Below are positions 14,901-23,612 of a DNA stretch of 44,536 bases, in pieces. The notes beneath the pieces are model-generated. The model searched no databases, was not told where the DNA came from, and worked only from the letters and a program-made list of their open reading frames with translations. The stretch's first letter is position 1. Each line of letters starts with the position of its first letter. Both the position numbers and the translations under genes were made by a program. The DNA comes from a virus. Location: positions 1-44,536 of IMG/VR virus record IMGVR_UViG_3300025294_000010; one strand, written 5' to 3'.

Positions 14901-17361
14901 GCTGGTGAAGCTGCAGGAGAGCATCGACCGCCTGACCACCGGCCAGAAGCCGCTGACCGGAGCGCGCCGCGGGCAGGTGGCTGAGGAGGTGCGCCAGAAG
15001 CGTGCGCAGCTCAACCAGATGCTGAAGCAGGCCGGCCTGAACCCGGCAGCATCACCAGAGCGCCAGGCCGCGCTGCGCCAGAAGCGCATCGAGAACTTGA
15101 ACGCGCGGATCGCCGACCTGCAGGACCAGATCGCCACCGGGCGCCGGCCGGCGGGGCGCCAGCGCGCTGCCAGCGGCGATGCCGAGATCCAGGCGCTGCG
15201 CAACCGCATTAACGATCTGACCGCCGAGCGCAATGCCGTCGATGCCGAGGCGCGCCGCGCCGCGCGCGACCCGGAGGCCATCTACCAGGGCCAGCGCGGC
15301 CGCGCCATCGAGAGGGAGATCGAGAAGATCCAGGCACGCATCAAGGCCGACGACTACGCCCATGCGCCGCGCATGCCGCGCCAGCTGTCCGAGGCCAACC
15401 AGCGGGCCGCCTACGAACTGGACAAGGCGCGGCAGGAGTTCCGCAACCGGCAGTTCATGGCCGACCTGGCCAACCGCTCCGGCTGGGCCAAGGCGCTGGA
15501 CAACACCAAGTCCGGCGTGAACCTGGCGCGCGCCATCCAGACCGGCCTTGACCTGTCCGGCCTGCTGCGCCAGGGCGGCGTGGTGACGTTCTCCCACCCC
15601 ATCCGCGCCGGCTCTGCGATCCCGGACATGCTTCGCTCGTTCATTTCTGAGCGGAAGGCGCACGCCATCGAGCAGGACCTGAAAGCGCGGCCAAACGCGC
15701 CGCTGTACCGCAAGGCCGGCCTGGACATCACCGAATCCCACGGCGAGATGTCCAAGATGGAGGAGCAGTACATGACCAGGTGGCTGGATAGGCTGAACTA
15801 CCAGCCAGGCCAGCCGGTGCGCAACGCAGCGCGCCGTACGGTCAACATCGCCCTTGGCCCGATACGCGGCTCGGGGCGCGCCTACGGAACCGTCCTGAAC
15901 AAGCTGCGCGCCGACACCTTCGATGCGATGGTGGCCACGCTCTCGCGCGACGGTCAGGCGCCAACGATGGATGAGGCCAAGGCCATCGCCAACTACGTCA
16001 ACGTGGCCACCGGCCGCGGCAACCCCGGTCGGATGAAGCAGTTCGCCTCGGACCTCAACACGGTGTTCTTTGCGCCGCGCCTGGTCCTGAGCCGTTTCCA
16101 GTTCCTGACCGGCCAGCCGCTGTATGGCGGCACGGCGCGCACGCGCGCGCTGGTCGCGCAGGAGTATGCCCGCTACCTGACCGGCATGTCGCTGGTCTAC
16201 GGCCTTGGCTACTTGTGGCACCATGCCCAGGACGAGGACAAGGACGAGGAGCGCCCCTTCATCGAGACGGACCCGCGCAGCACCATGTTCGGGCGGATGC
16301 GATTCGGCGACACCTACCTGGACCCGCTCTCGGGCCTGGGCGGCATCACCACCTTCCTGTCGCGGCTGGCGACCGGCGAAACGAAGTCCTCCGGCGGCGG
16401 CGACATCAACCCGCTGCGCGACCAAGGGCGGCTGACGAACGCTCTGTACGGCGCTGGGCAAGCGCTGGATCGCGCCGGCTTCAACGAGCTGGCCGCCCGC
16501 TTCCCGGATGCGCCGAACTATGACCGACTCAAGTATGGTGACCCGACCGAGCAGGACACCATGGCCAGCTTCCTGCGATCCAAGCTCGCCCCGGTGCCTG
16601 GCGCCGTGGTCAGCTCGGTGGTGGGCAAGGATCCGACCGGGCAGTCGACCGATCCGGGCCAGCAGGCCGCTGGCCTGATCGCGCCTATGAGCCTGGGCAA
16701 CATCGCCGACGTGATGCGCGCCAATGGCACCGGCACCGGCCTTGCCCTCAACGCGCTGCAGCTGCTTGGCATGGGAACTACCGTGACCGACCGCGCGACC
16801 TACAAGGCGCCGGATTACGCCACGCTGGGTCCGCAGCAGCGTGCGGAGTACAACGACTACCTCAAGCGCGCCCAGCGCATGAAGTCCCAGCTCGATGACC
16901 TGCGCGATCTGGCTAACAGCTTCCCTGCTGACACCCCGGCTGCGGACGTTCGTGAGGCCGTGGAGGCAAAGGCGCAGGCGCTGGGGATTGATGGCGTCGG
17001 GGTCGAGCAGTACAAGCGCCGCACTACCGCGCGCGATGCCTCTGGTGCCCGGCGCTCCGGCCTGCAGCAAACCGAGAGTGGCAAGGTAAAGCTGAAGATC
17101 GCCAAGGACTCGGTGGTCGGCGAACTGCAGAAGACCGAGGACACCATCTCCGACCTCAACAAACAGATCACCAGCCTGATGGATGCGCCGATCACCAACG
17201 GCGACCTGCAGGCGATCTACAGCAAGTACCAGTCCGGATCACTTGGCGGGGATGCTGGTGAGGAGGCGCCGACTTCGGCGAAAATGAAGGTGATTCAGGC
17301 GCTGGCCAATGAGCGCGGCCGGCTTATCCAAGCTTTCATGTCATCCGACAATGAGGAGTGA
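11911..17361 (+). CDS. Giant internal virion / DNA-ejection protein (gp16-like by position) with an embedded GNAT-type motif; polyvalent-protein-like
   Basis: 1816-aa single ORF. It has an N-terminal duplicated VDFDPF motif. Residues 438-537 contain VNPEYQRRGVATAMLKLAREQG, which fits GNAT motif A (Q/R-x-x-G-x-G/A). A ~500-aa Arg/Glu/Ala coiled coil follows, then a C-terminal ~650-aa part with hydrophobic segments. Confidence 0.7.
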   Translation: MAKLTAVDFDPFDEKKTAPSLTPVDFDPFSDAPRADFSGVSSRVIPAAPEGFLDRTGDYLRQQQAKPLAQRLQETPGQILGGVESFGRGLASGFNNLGGSAALIGAMPVAAGIDLLTGHAPGTGPAGEAVGRYVDSSYANAQRLLAEDPRRDNPLTIIPQAAGAVIPDLAAAMATGGESAAVRPAIQTGLRDAVLASAERAVDQGVRASIIPSVNRGTQLGQQVIQAGGTPAEAMAALGSGAAANSLAFLAPAATSGSLPARLAQGALVEPAAGYLQTQLENLALPDRLGLDQQYDAQQAITDAFMGAGLGGMTGERAPEPLNDPVAMRGAPAPVSDLSPSARAVGGFDEARLTPVERAPEFVDEPAPRAAVTAPAPEARETARPSPAPDVRESVAPDSGAATLAREEVLSEPATDTRVALEPQAPQETREVVAKTPRGEFRLEDRPAVAGRDFSEFGQIREVTAYDGDTPIGTLVYANDGTPPTVEVNPEYQRRGVATAMLKLAREQGGVLGAADTGMSGRGRPTYRTDEGQAFRSAADESSVQFFAPEQQASPAAPATPQAEEALAPVSQPIPMPAAPPAAEAPPPAPRESTGIKHAVTDMERAREGRDPISRELRQSNEQTYGEAMQRRTEDPTWTASLIERHKTSTTPGTLTATEQMALLQDKVALRQERDAAATRVGNDRLPESERAAAKAAWLRAEQAINDIDVVTSEAGSNIGRALQIRQRMLRDDFSLEAMERRERAVRGRPLTQAEHAQLVQLSERIKGLERDLEAARKAVEDHDATRGVKQAYESILKEVVGQSRTAARAGKPKLDVMRERAEKSRAEIRKSLGQFNSGVDPALFGHLVNIGAYHVADGAVRLKDWMTRMKAELGDVFERVRDILPDVFAASRMSDRAAETQFKADARTGEALTPTDIAAEVDPENVTTANVRDLALAHIRSGLRGEDAVMKAVHGDLEDAGAGLTEREVRQLFSEYGRQRNPTRDADRAELGRLRQLVKLQESIDRLTTGQKPLTGARRGQVAEEVRQKRAQLNQMLKQAGLNPAASPERQAALRQKRIENLNARIADLQDQIATGRRPAGRQRAASGDAEIQALRNRINDLTAERNAVDAEARRAARDPEAIYQGQRGRAIEREIEKIQARIKADDYAHAPRMPRQLSEANQRAAYELDKARQEFRNRQFMADLANRSGWAKALDNTKSGVNLARAIQTGLDLSGLLRQGGVVTFSHPIRAGSAIPDMLRSFISERKAHAIEQDLKARPNAPLYRKAGLDITESHGEMSKMEEQYMTRWLDRLNYQPGQPVRNAARRTVNIALGPIRGSGRAYGTVLNKLRADTFDAMVATLSRDGQAPTMDEAKAIANYVNVATGRGNPGRMKQFASDLNTVFFAPRLVLSRFQFLTGQPLYGGTARTRALVAQEYARYLTGMSLVYGLGYLWHHAQDEDKDEERPFIETDPRSTMFGRMRFGDTYLDPLSGLGGITTFLSRLATGETKSSGGGDINPLRDQGRLTNALYGAGQALDRAGFNELAARFPDAPNYDRLKYGDPTEQDTMASFLRSKLAPVPGAVVSSVVGKDPTGQSTDPGQQAAGLIAPMSLGNIADVMRANGTGTGLALNALQLLGMGTTVTDRATYKAPDYATLGPQQRAEYNDYLKRAQRMKSQLDDLRDLANSFPADTPAADVREAVEAKAQALGIDGVGVEQYKRRTTARDASGARRSGLQQTESGKVKLKIAKDSVVGELQKTEDTISDLNKQITSLMDAPITNGDLQAIYSKYQSGSLGGDAGEEAPTSAKMKVIQALANERGRLIQAFMSSDNEE

Positions 17362-17364
17362 TTC

Positions 17365-17646
17365 ATGGCCAGCATCATCAATACCAGCGTCAATGCCGAC
17401 ACGTCTGCCGACATCGTGCTTACCAACGGGCAGGCAGCGGTGATCTCCCTGCGCGCGGTCGGCGGCGGCCAGGTGCCGAGCGGGTGTTCCGCCTTCATCG
17501 ACATCAAGAACTCCGACGGCACCTATGGCCCGGTTCCCAAGGGGGAACTCGGCCCGTCGAACCATGCGGTGCGACTCGTCGCTGCCGGCACGTATCGCGT
17601 GCGCAAGCTGGCCAGCACCTCCCCCTTCGGTGTCGATCAGGTGTAG
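17365..17646 (+). CDS. Hypothetical small beta-rich protein
   Basis: 93 aa with an AGGAG RBS 10 nt upstream, in a GC3-rich frame. Confidence 0.65.
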   Translation: MASIINTSVNADTSADIVLTNGQAAVISLRAVGGGQVPSGCSAFIDIKNSDGTYGPVPKGELGPSNHAVRLVAAGTYRVRKLASTSPFGVDQV

Positions 17647-17648
17647 CC

Positions 17649-18407
17649 ATGATCCAGGACTTGGTGTACCCGCTGGTGCTGCCCATCAACACGCAGCTTG
17701 TGGACGTGCAGCCATTCGAGGGAAGCGTGGCGCCGCCGACGCCGCCGCAGCCGCTGGGAATGACCGCCGCAGCGCTGAACAATGCCACGCCGTTCACCGT
17801 GAACTACCGCACGGTGTCGGGGAACGTGGTGGTGCGCTTCGCCGGCCGCAACGCCGCGGCGGTGGCGCAGAACCTGTCGGCAACCTACGGGGGCGTGGCG
17901 ATGACGCGCGTGGATCAGCCGTCGCCGTCGGTTGCGCTGAACGACGCGTGGCTGGTGGCCTTCGTCATCCGCGGTGCATCGGCTGGCGCTGCTGACCTGG
18001 TTATCTCCGCAGCGGCTGGAAGCTCGCTTGTGGACTGCATCATCCGCATCGGCGACATCTCCGTCCTTCCGGCTGACTGGCAGGGCGCTGTGTCCGGGTA
18101 TGGTGGCGCCTTCAGCTACGAGCTTGACGACGACATCTCGCCGGTATCGCCAGGCAACAATGTCCTCGCCAGCATCTCCGCATGGTCGGATGCGCGCGCG
18201 TATCCGATTGGCTTGGAGATCGACTCGCGCGATGAAGAAACCGAACAGTGGAACACCTCGTTCGGGGAGATGGCCGCGCGCTTCGGATACCTGGATGATG
18301 CTGGGAACAACCTGGGCCTGTACGTCTTCTGGACCAACAACTTCTCCGGCATCAACATGCGTGGCGGTGCCATGTTCCTATTCGAGCTTAAGGGAGCAAC
18401 CGTGTGA
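17649..18407 (+). CDS. Tail fibre-associated / adaptor protein (positional)
   Basis: 252 aa from ATG 17649, 2 nt after the upstream stop. Its stop overlaps the tail-fibre GTG start (GTGA). Confidence 0.55.
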   Translation: MIQDLVYPLVLPINTQLVDVQPFEGSVAPPTPPQPLGMTAAALNNATPFTVNYRTVSGNVVVRFAGRNAAAVAQNLSATYGGVAMTRVDQPSPSVALNDAWLVAFVIRGASAGAADLVISAAAGSSLVDCIIRIGDISVLPADWQGAVSGYGGAFSYELDDDISPVSPGNNVLASISAWSDARAYPIGLEIDSRDEETEQWNTSFGEMAARFGYLDDAGNNLGLYVFWTNNFSGINMRGGAMFLFELKGATV

Positions 18408-20287
18408 AAATTGAGGTCCATCTGCTTGGCGGGACCAGGAAGGTCATCGACATCACGCCTGGCGCAACCGTGGGCGCGACGATCGGCAAGGACGTTTTCA
18501 ATGCAGATGGCACTCTGTTCTCTCCGTCGACCGGCGGCAGCAGCGGTGGCCAGGTAGGAATTTCCGACTGGACCCTGCTGCTGAACATCCCGCCGAATGT
18601 GCAGGCGCTCGGCAACTTCGGCGACACCGGGCTGTACGTCATCACGGGCACCGGCACCAGCGTGTCGCGCGAGATCACCGGCGCGGCCGGGCAGATCACC
18701 GTGCAGTTCGGCGATGGCGTGACTGCTGACCCTCTGCTTGGACTTGCCGACGTGGCCGATGCCGGCGGCGGCGTGCTGCAGCGGACGGCATTCGACGCCA
18801 AGGGCAGGAAGACGGGTAGCTCTGCCGCCACGACGGACGACCTGACCGAGGGAGCATCCAACCTATACTTCACGCAGGCCCGCGTTCGTTCCACGGTACT
18901 GACCGGACTGTCGGTTGCCACCGGCGGCGCCATCGTGGCCACCGATTCGGTTCTGGCTGCTTTCGGCAAGCTGCAGAACCAGGTATCGCTGCGCCTGACC
19001 GACGCGCCAAGCGACAGCAGCACCTATGGTCGCCGGAACGGGGCATGGGTGACCACCATCGGTGAAGCACCGATCGACGGATCCACCTATGGCCGCAAGG
19101 ATGGCGCATGGGTGGTGGTGACTGGTGGTGGCGGTGGCGGGGGCACTGTCACATCCGTCAGCGGCTCTGGCGGGACCACAGGGCTTACGCTTACTGGCGG
19201 CCCAATCACCGGGTCTGGAACCCTGACCCTTGGCGGAACACTGGCTATCGCCAGCGGTGGCACTGGCGCCACGACGGCGGCTGCGGCCAGGACTGCGCTC
19301 GGCGCCACGACGGTCGGCGGAAACCTGTTCACGCTCTCCAATCCGTCCGCCGTAACCTTCCTGCGCGTCAACGCCGACAACAGCGTGAGCGCGCTGGACG
19401 CGTCGACCTTCCGCTCCGCCATTGGCGCCGGCACTGGCGGCGGATCTGTGACCTCTGTGGCCGTCTCCGGGGGAACCACTGGCCTGACCACCAGTGGCGG
19501 CCCAATTACCAGCTCCGGCACGATCACGATCTCAGGAACGCTTGCAGTGGCGAATGGCGGAACTGGCGCTACCACCGCTGCAGGCGCCCCGTGGGTACTC
19601 CGCTCCGGCGATACCATGTCCGGCGGCTTGACTGCGCCCACGCTTACCGCCACGGGGACCATCACCTCCGGAACATCCTTCCAGTCGTCCACATCCAACG
19701 TGGTGTTGGCGCCAGGGTCTGCGGGCGGCGTGATCCTTCGCCCGAACGGCATGGGCTACAGCGCTGGGCAGGCTGCACTTGACACCTCCGGCTCCTTTTC
19801 CACATTCCAGCTGATTGCCACTGGCGGAGTTGTGGCTGGCGGAGCTACGTTCCTTATCCTGGGACCAACCGCAGCAAGCACCGTTCGCCTTCGGCCAAGC
19901 GGAACCGGATCCACCACCGGCGAAGTGACCGTAGACCCGACGATCGTCTCCTTCTCGCAGGCGCTGACTGTCGGCAGCACCATCACGGCCAACACCACGT
20001 TTGCATCCTCTACTGCGAACGTCGTTCTTGCGCCCGCATCAACCGGGTCAGTAATCTTCCGCCCAAATGGAGCTGGTTCAACGTCCGGACAGGCGTTCAT
20101 CTCGTCAAGCGGCGACCTGACGGTATCTGGAAACGTGAGCGCCAACGGGGCATCACTCACTGCTGCCGGGCATGAGTTCTACCGCGCCGCCGCGAATTCA
20201 ACGACGCTTACTCGCCAGCCGAGGATTTGGGTTGGCGGATCCGACCCTGGCGCTGCTGCTGCTGACGGAGACATCTGGATACCATGA
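18404..20287 (+). CDS. Tail fibre protein
   Basis: 627 aa with a GTG start. The sequence is Gly/Thr/Ser-rich. Internal repeats include G(T/S)VTSV..SGGTTGLT..GGPIT.SGT.T..GTLA.A.GGTGATTAA twice (aa 247-300 and 347-396), STYGR(R/K).GAWV twice, a Gly7 linker, and a reiterated module S(T/S)(S/A)NVVLAP.S.G.VI.RPNG. Confidence 0.8.
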   Translation: MKIEVHLLGGTRKVIDITPGATVGATIGKDVFNADGTLFSPSTGGSSGGQVGISDWTLLLNIPPNVQALGNFGDTGLYVITGTGTSVSREITGAAGQITVQFGDGVTADPLLGLADVADAGGGVLQRTAFDAKGRKTGSSAATTDDLTEGASNLYFTQARVRSTVLTGLSVATGGAIVATDSVLAAFGKLQNQVSLRLTDAPSDSSTYGRRNGAWVTTIGEAPIDGSTYGRKDGAWVVVTGGGGGGGTVTSVSGSGGTTGLTLTGGPITGSGTLTLGGTLAIASGGTGATTAAAARTALGATTVGGNLFTLSNPSAVTFLRVNADNSVSALDASTFRSAIGAGTGGGSVTSVAVSGGTTGLTTSGGPITSSGTITISGTLAVANGGTGATTAAGAPWVLRSGDTMSGGLTAPTLTATGTITSGTSFQSSTSNVVLAPGSAGGVILRPNGMGYSAGQAALDTSGSFSTFQLIATGGVVAGGATFLILGPTAASTVRLRPSGTGSTTGEVTVDPTIVSFSQALTVGSTITANTTFASSTANVVLAPASTGSVIFRPNGAGSTSGQAFISSSGDLTVSGNVSANGASLTAAGHEFYRAAANSTTLTRQPRIWVGGSDPGAAAADGDIWIP

Positions 20288-20784
20288 CCTTCTACGTCAA
20301 GTCAGGAGGGTCCAATGTCGCAAAGAACGACATCAGAAAGCGACTCAGCGGTGCGTGGGCGTCGGCTGGGGTAGCGTTCAAAAGAGCATCGGCGGCGTGG
20401 GTGAATTTCATCTCAGGCGTGCAGCTGACAAACCTGACTATTTCACTCACCGGGGCCACGCCCACCGTTACGCAGGGGGCGTCTTTCGCATCCAGCGGAT
20501 TCATCACCGACTCCGCGCTATCCAACGTATACCAGTGGCTACTTGCCGGATCGCCGACAAGTTATCAGGTTCGATGGACGCCCATCTCTGGGTCGCTGGA
20601 TATATCCAGCTCACCCGTCAACACCTGGATTGATCTCGGCCTTGCGGGCGCGCCAACGTGGTCTGTCTCAATCAGCTCCCCTGCCACCGGAACCGTCACG
20701 GCGCAAGGGACCGCGCAAATACGCGACAAAACCACCGGGACCATACTTGCGACGGGCGTCATCACCCTCAACGCAACCAGGTAG
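20284..20784 (+). CDS. Distal tail fibre / fibre-accessory protein (hypothetical)
   Basis: 166 aa with an ATGA start overlap with the fibre gene. It is the last gene of the rightward virion block. Confidence 0.55.
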   Translation: MTFYVKSGGSNVAKNDIRKRLSGAWASAGVAFKRASAAWVNFISGVQLTNLTISLTGATPTVTQGASFASSGFITDSALSNVYQWLLAGSPTSYQVRWTPISGSLDISSSPVNTWIDLGLAGAPTWSVSISSPATGTVTAQGTAQIRDKTTGTILATGVITLNATR

Positions 20785-20785
20785 T

Positions 20786-20804
20786 GCCCCGGTATCGTCG
20801 GGGC
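20786..20804. terminator. Weak hairpin in the convergent gap between the virion block and the recT operon
   Basis: GCCCCG (20786..20791) pairs with CGGGGC (20799..20804) around a 7-nt loop. There is no T tract on either strand. Confidence 0.3.
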
Positions 20805-20952
20805 CACACGGCAGGTTCACCAGGGTTATGACTAGGTTCGCACGGAAGGCGGCGTTAGCGCGCTGCCAGCAGCGAAAGTACCAGCCCGCGACGCGGATGC
20901 ACCCCAGGGCCTGCTGCCGGTGTTACTCGCCACCTCCGGCTGGGCGCCCACA

Positions 20953-21867
20953 TTAGAAATAGTCGTCAGCTGCGCGCTGTCGCGGCGACTCATCAACAGG
21001 CTCTGCCACCTGCACCTCATCCGTCGCTTCCGGCGGGTTGACCTCGCCAGTACGCGTGTCCACCACGTCCTCGCCGCCAGCTGCGTTCACCACGCGCTGC
21101 AGCACGGACGGCCTGCTGGTGCGCGTCGATGTCGGCGCCGCAGATGGATTCGCGGGTTCGGCCGCAGGATCCTCCGGCGGAAACTCCTCGAACTCCGGGT
21201 CCATCGCAGCATTGCCCACGCGTGCGTCCTGGTCGCTGATGTTGTAGAGAGGAAGCGACTTCCACAGGCGACGAACGACGGTCTTGCGCGCCATCTCGCC
21301 CCACTGGTTGACCCACGGGCCGGATGACTTGGCGCGGCTGATTGCGCGAATCTTCTCCACCTCGGAAGTGGACATCACCTCCAGGTACAGCTGCCCGGAC
21401 TTGTCGATGGCCTCCGCCCACGCGCCGATGGCCTTGCCACGGTCCTCGCCAAGCTTCGGCGGCTTGTGGGTCTTCGTCGGCTGCACGCCAAGTTCATACT
21501 CGAAGAAGTCGTTCTCGTATACGACGCCGCTGGCGATGTTCACGCCATACTTCGCGGCCACCTTGCGCAGACCGCCGACCATCGGCATGTACTGAACTTG
21601 GTTTCCGAAGGCGACCAGCGCGGCCTCGCGGCCATCCGGCATCAGGCCATCCTGTGCGCAGCGGCGCACGGCGTTGTAGAGGCTGCCGCGGTCCTTGTTC
21701 AGTAGGTCGGGGTTGTTCTGCACGGCCATGACGGCGGCGCGCGCGAAGCGATCCACGGGGATCTCCGGCGGCAGCATCTGTGCAAGCTGTCGCTTGGAGT
21801 CCGGAGTCATCAAAACGGCTTCGACCGCCTTGATCTTGGTGGTGAGTTCCTGGGAGGTCATGGTCAT
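20953..21867 (-). CDS. recT: RecT-family single-strand annealing protein
   Basis: 304 aa. The pattern ...RFARAAVMAVQNNPDLL...RCAQDGLMPDGREAALVAFGNQVQYMPMVGGLRK... is typical of RecT-type SSAPs. It lies in one operon with a YqaJ-type exonuclease. Confidence 0.8.
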   Translation of the reverse strand: MTMTSQELTTKIKAVEAVLMTPDSKRQLAQMLPPEIPVDRFARAAVMAVQNNPDLLNKDRGSLYNAVRRCAQDGLMPDGREAALVAFGNQVQYMPMVGGLRKVAAKYGVNIASGVVYENDFFEYELGVQPTKTHKPPKLGEDRGKAIGAWAEAIDKSGQLYLEVMSTSEVEKIRAISRAKSSGPWVNQWGEMARKTVVRRLWKSLPLYNISDQDARVGNAAMDPEFEEFPPEDPAAEPANPSAAPTSTRTSRPSVLQRVVNAAGGEDVVDTRTGEVNPPEATDEVQVAEPVDESPRQRAADDYF

Positions 21868-22148
21868 TCTCGGTTGACGCCGTACAGGCGTATGGAGTGG
21901 TAGCGGATATGGTCAGCAAGGCCGGGGCACTGCATTACGGAATCTAGACCGCAAAGCACCTGGCACTGAATCTGGTCTTCGTCAGCGACTCGGAAGTGAC
22001 AGTCCCTGCAGTCGCTGTGCATGTTCGACTCGAAAAACACCTCGATGAAAGCGGCGCCGTTGCAGGCGCCGCCCATCTGCCGATGCGGGAACGGGTAGCT
22101 CCCACACAGGCAAACTACTTCTCCGTCACGCCTCTTCCGCTTCGCCAT
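21864..22148 (-). CDS. Cys/His-rich hypothetical protein (metal-binding candidate)
   Basis: 94 aa with an ATGA overlap with recT. It carries CLCGSYPFPHRQMGGAC plus further Cys/His clusters (HSDCRDCH, CQVLC). Confidence 0.6.
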   Translation of the reverse strand: MAKRKRRDGEVVCLCGSYPFPHRQMGGACNGAAFIEVFFESNMHSDCRDCHFRVADEDQIQCQVLCGLDSVMQCPGLADHIRYHSIRLYGVNRE

Positions 22149-22371
22149 GGGGAAGCTCCAGGTTGCCCTGGTCGTCGGAGATGTAATCCTTCTCGGAAAG
22201 GATTGCCTTGCCGTCGGTCACGATCTGCGCCACGCGCGTTCCGGACAGCTTTTCGACGGTGACGTGCTTCAGCGCCAGCGTGCGCGCCTGCGGCTTGCCC
22301 TTCGCTTCGACGTAGGCGATGTGCTGGCCGTTGACCTGGACTTCGAACACCTCATTGGACTTCTCACTCAT
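22126..22371 (-). CDS. Hypothetical protein
   Basis: 81 aa from ATG 22371, which overlaps the exonuclease stop by 8 nt. The longer track start at 22431 lies inside the exonuclease CDS. Confidence 0.6.
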   Translation of the reverse strand: MSEKSNEVFEVQVNGQHIAYVEAKGKPQARTLALKHVTVEKLSGTRVAQIVTDGKAILSEKDYISDDQGNLELPHGEAEEA

Positions 22372-23359
22372 TGCTGCTTGCCTCCTTCGGCTTGGGGTAA
22401 CTTCTGGCCATCCGGTAGCCCTTGCGACCACCGATGTGGGTTCCGACCATGTCGGCGGTGATGAGGGTGCCGGGGCTGTCCTTGGTCTGCGTCAGTACGA
22501 CCTTGCCGCCGTCCCACAGCAGCGTGGCGGCGTCGCCTGCGTAGTCCAGGATCTTGGCCTTGAAAATCTCCTTCTGCTGCTCCAGCGCCTTGATCTGCGC
22601 ACTCACGTCGTCGTATCCGGCGCACAGTAGTCCGATGGCGTCATCCCCGCGCGCGTCCGCAATACTGCCGTCGCTGAACTGGTGCATTGAGATGACCACT
22701 TCCGCATCGTCCGGATAGATGATGGGCGGCGCCTGGTCCTCATCCACCGAGCGCCAGAACTTGCGGATCTCGTTGCGCAGCACCTGGCCGAACTCTGCGT
22801 TGCGCTCGCGCACGTAGGTTTCCAGCTTGTTGCCGCCAACCAGCGCGACCACAGCGCCCCACCCATGCCGGGTTAGTTCGAGCTGGTGCTGCAGCTGGAT
22901 CTCGATGTGGGCCGGAGTTTCGTCGTCCATCCACTTGCGCTTGAACACCAGCCCATCGACGTTCTTGCACTCGATGATGCCGGGGCCGAGATCGTTGAAG
23001 AAGTCGCGCAGCGTATGGTCGGTGACATCGTTCTCCGTCACCCCGGTGACCAGGTAGTCGAACGAGGACCCCATGCGATCCTGCACATCACGCGCATAAC
23101 GCTTGAACGGCTCCACGACCACGCCGTAGCGCTCCGCCACCAGTGATGCGATGGCGGGCTCGATGTGCCGACCCGCCTGCACGCGGTCGTTGTCCTCGAA
23201 GTCTTCTGGCAAAATGCCGCGCTTCTTATGCCACAGTTCGTACCTGGTGCTGTACGGACTCATGTTGAACAACGCGCTGGCCTCGGTTGAGGTCAGGTCG
23301 TTGCGTCGCATTTCCAGCCAGTGTGCTTCGCTTTCGGGTGTGATGTATTCAGTAGCCAC
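22364..23359 (-). CDS. YqaJ / lambda-Exo-like recombination exonuclease with C-terminal extension (start uncertain)
   Basis: SEAHWLEMRRNDLTSTEASALFNMSPYSTRYELWHKKRG fits the YqaJ N-terminal signature. GIIECKNV supplies an E.K nuclease motif. GTG 23359 with a GAGG 9 nt upstream is preferred, and the longest ORF reaches 23491. The last ~130 aa lie beyond a usual YqaJ domain. Confidence 0.75.
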   Translation of the reverse strand: MATEYITPESEAHWLEMRRNDLTSTEASALFNMSPYSTRYELWHKKRGILPEDFEDNDRVQAGRHIEPAIASLVAERYGVVVEPFKRYARDVQDRMGSSFDYLVTGVTENDVTDHTLRDFFNDLGPGIIECKNVDGLVFKRKWMDDETPAHIEIQLQHQLELTRHGWGAVVALVGGNKLETYVRERNAEFGQVLRNEIRKFWRSVDEDQAPPIIYPDDAEVVISMHQFSDGSIADARGDDAIGLLCAGYDDVSAQIKALEQQKEIFKAKILDYAGDAATLLWDGGKVVLTQTKDSPGTLITADMVGTHIGGRKGYRMARSYPKPKEASSNE

Positions 23360-23612
23360 TAAGCTTGGCCTCGCGATAAGCGCCAGATGCGCACAGCGAG
23401 TTATCAAGATCCCGCCAGTAATCATGGCCCTGCGGCGTTTTGTACCAAGTGAATGCGGCGCAAACCGTGTTTGGGCGACTGAAATCAGCATAAGCCTTAT
23501 TTTCGTCGATCAGTGAAAGCATTCTCGCAAACTCCGCGCGATCCTTGGCGACGATGTATGGAGCCAAAGCCATGTAGAACTTCGACTTTCTGATTTGCTT
23601 GATGGTGGCCAC
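23349..23612 (-). CDS. Hypothetical protein, first gene of the leftward recombination operon
   Basis: 87 aa with a GTG start preceded by GGGAGAA. Its GC content is visibly lower than the genome average. Confidence 0.6.
   Translation of the reverse strand: MATIKQIRKSKFYMALAPYIVAKDRAEFARMLSLIDENKAYADFSRPNTVCAAFTWYKTPQGHDYWRDLDNSLCASGAYREAKLSGY

Noticed and set aside
19142-19591. A possible diversity-generating retroelement (template/variable repeat pair) in the tail fibre.
   Set aside because: The two DNA copies differ at all base types rather than only at adenines, both lie inside the same ORF, and no reverse transcriptase gene exists in the genome.
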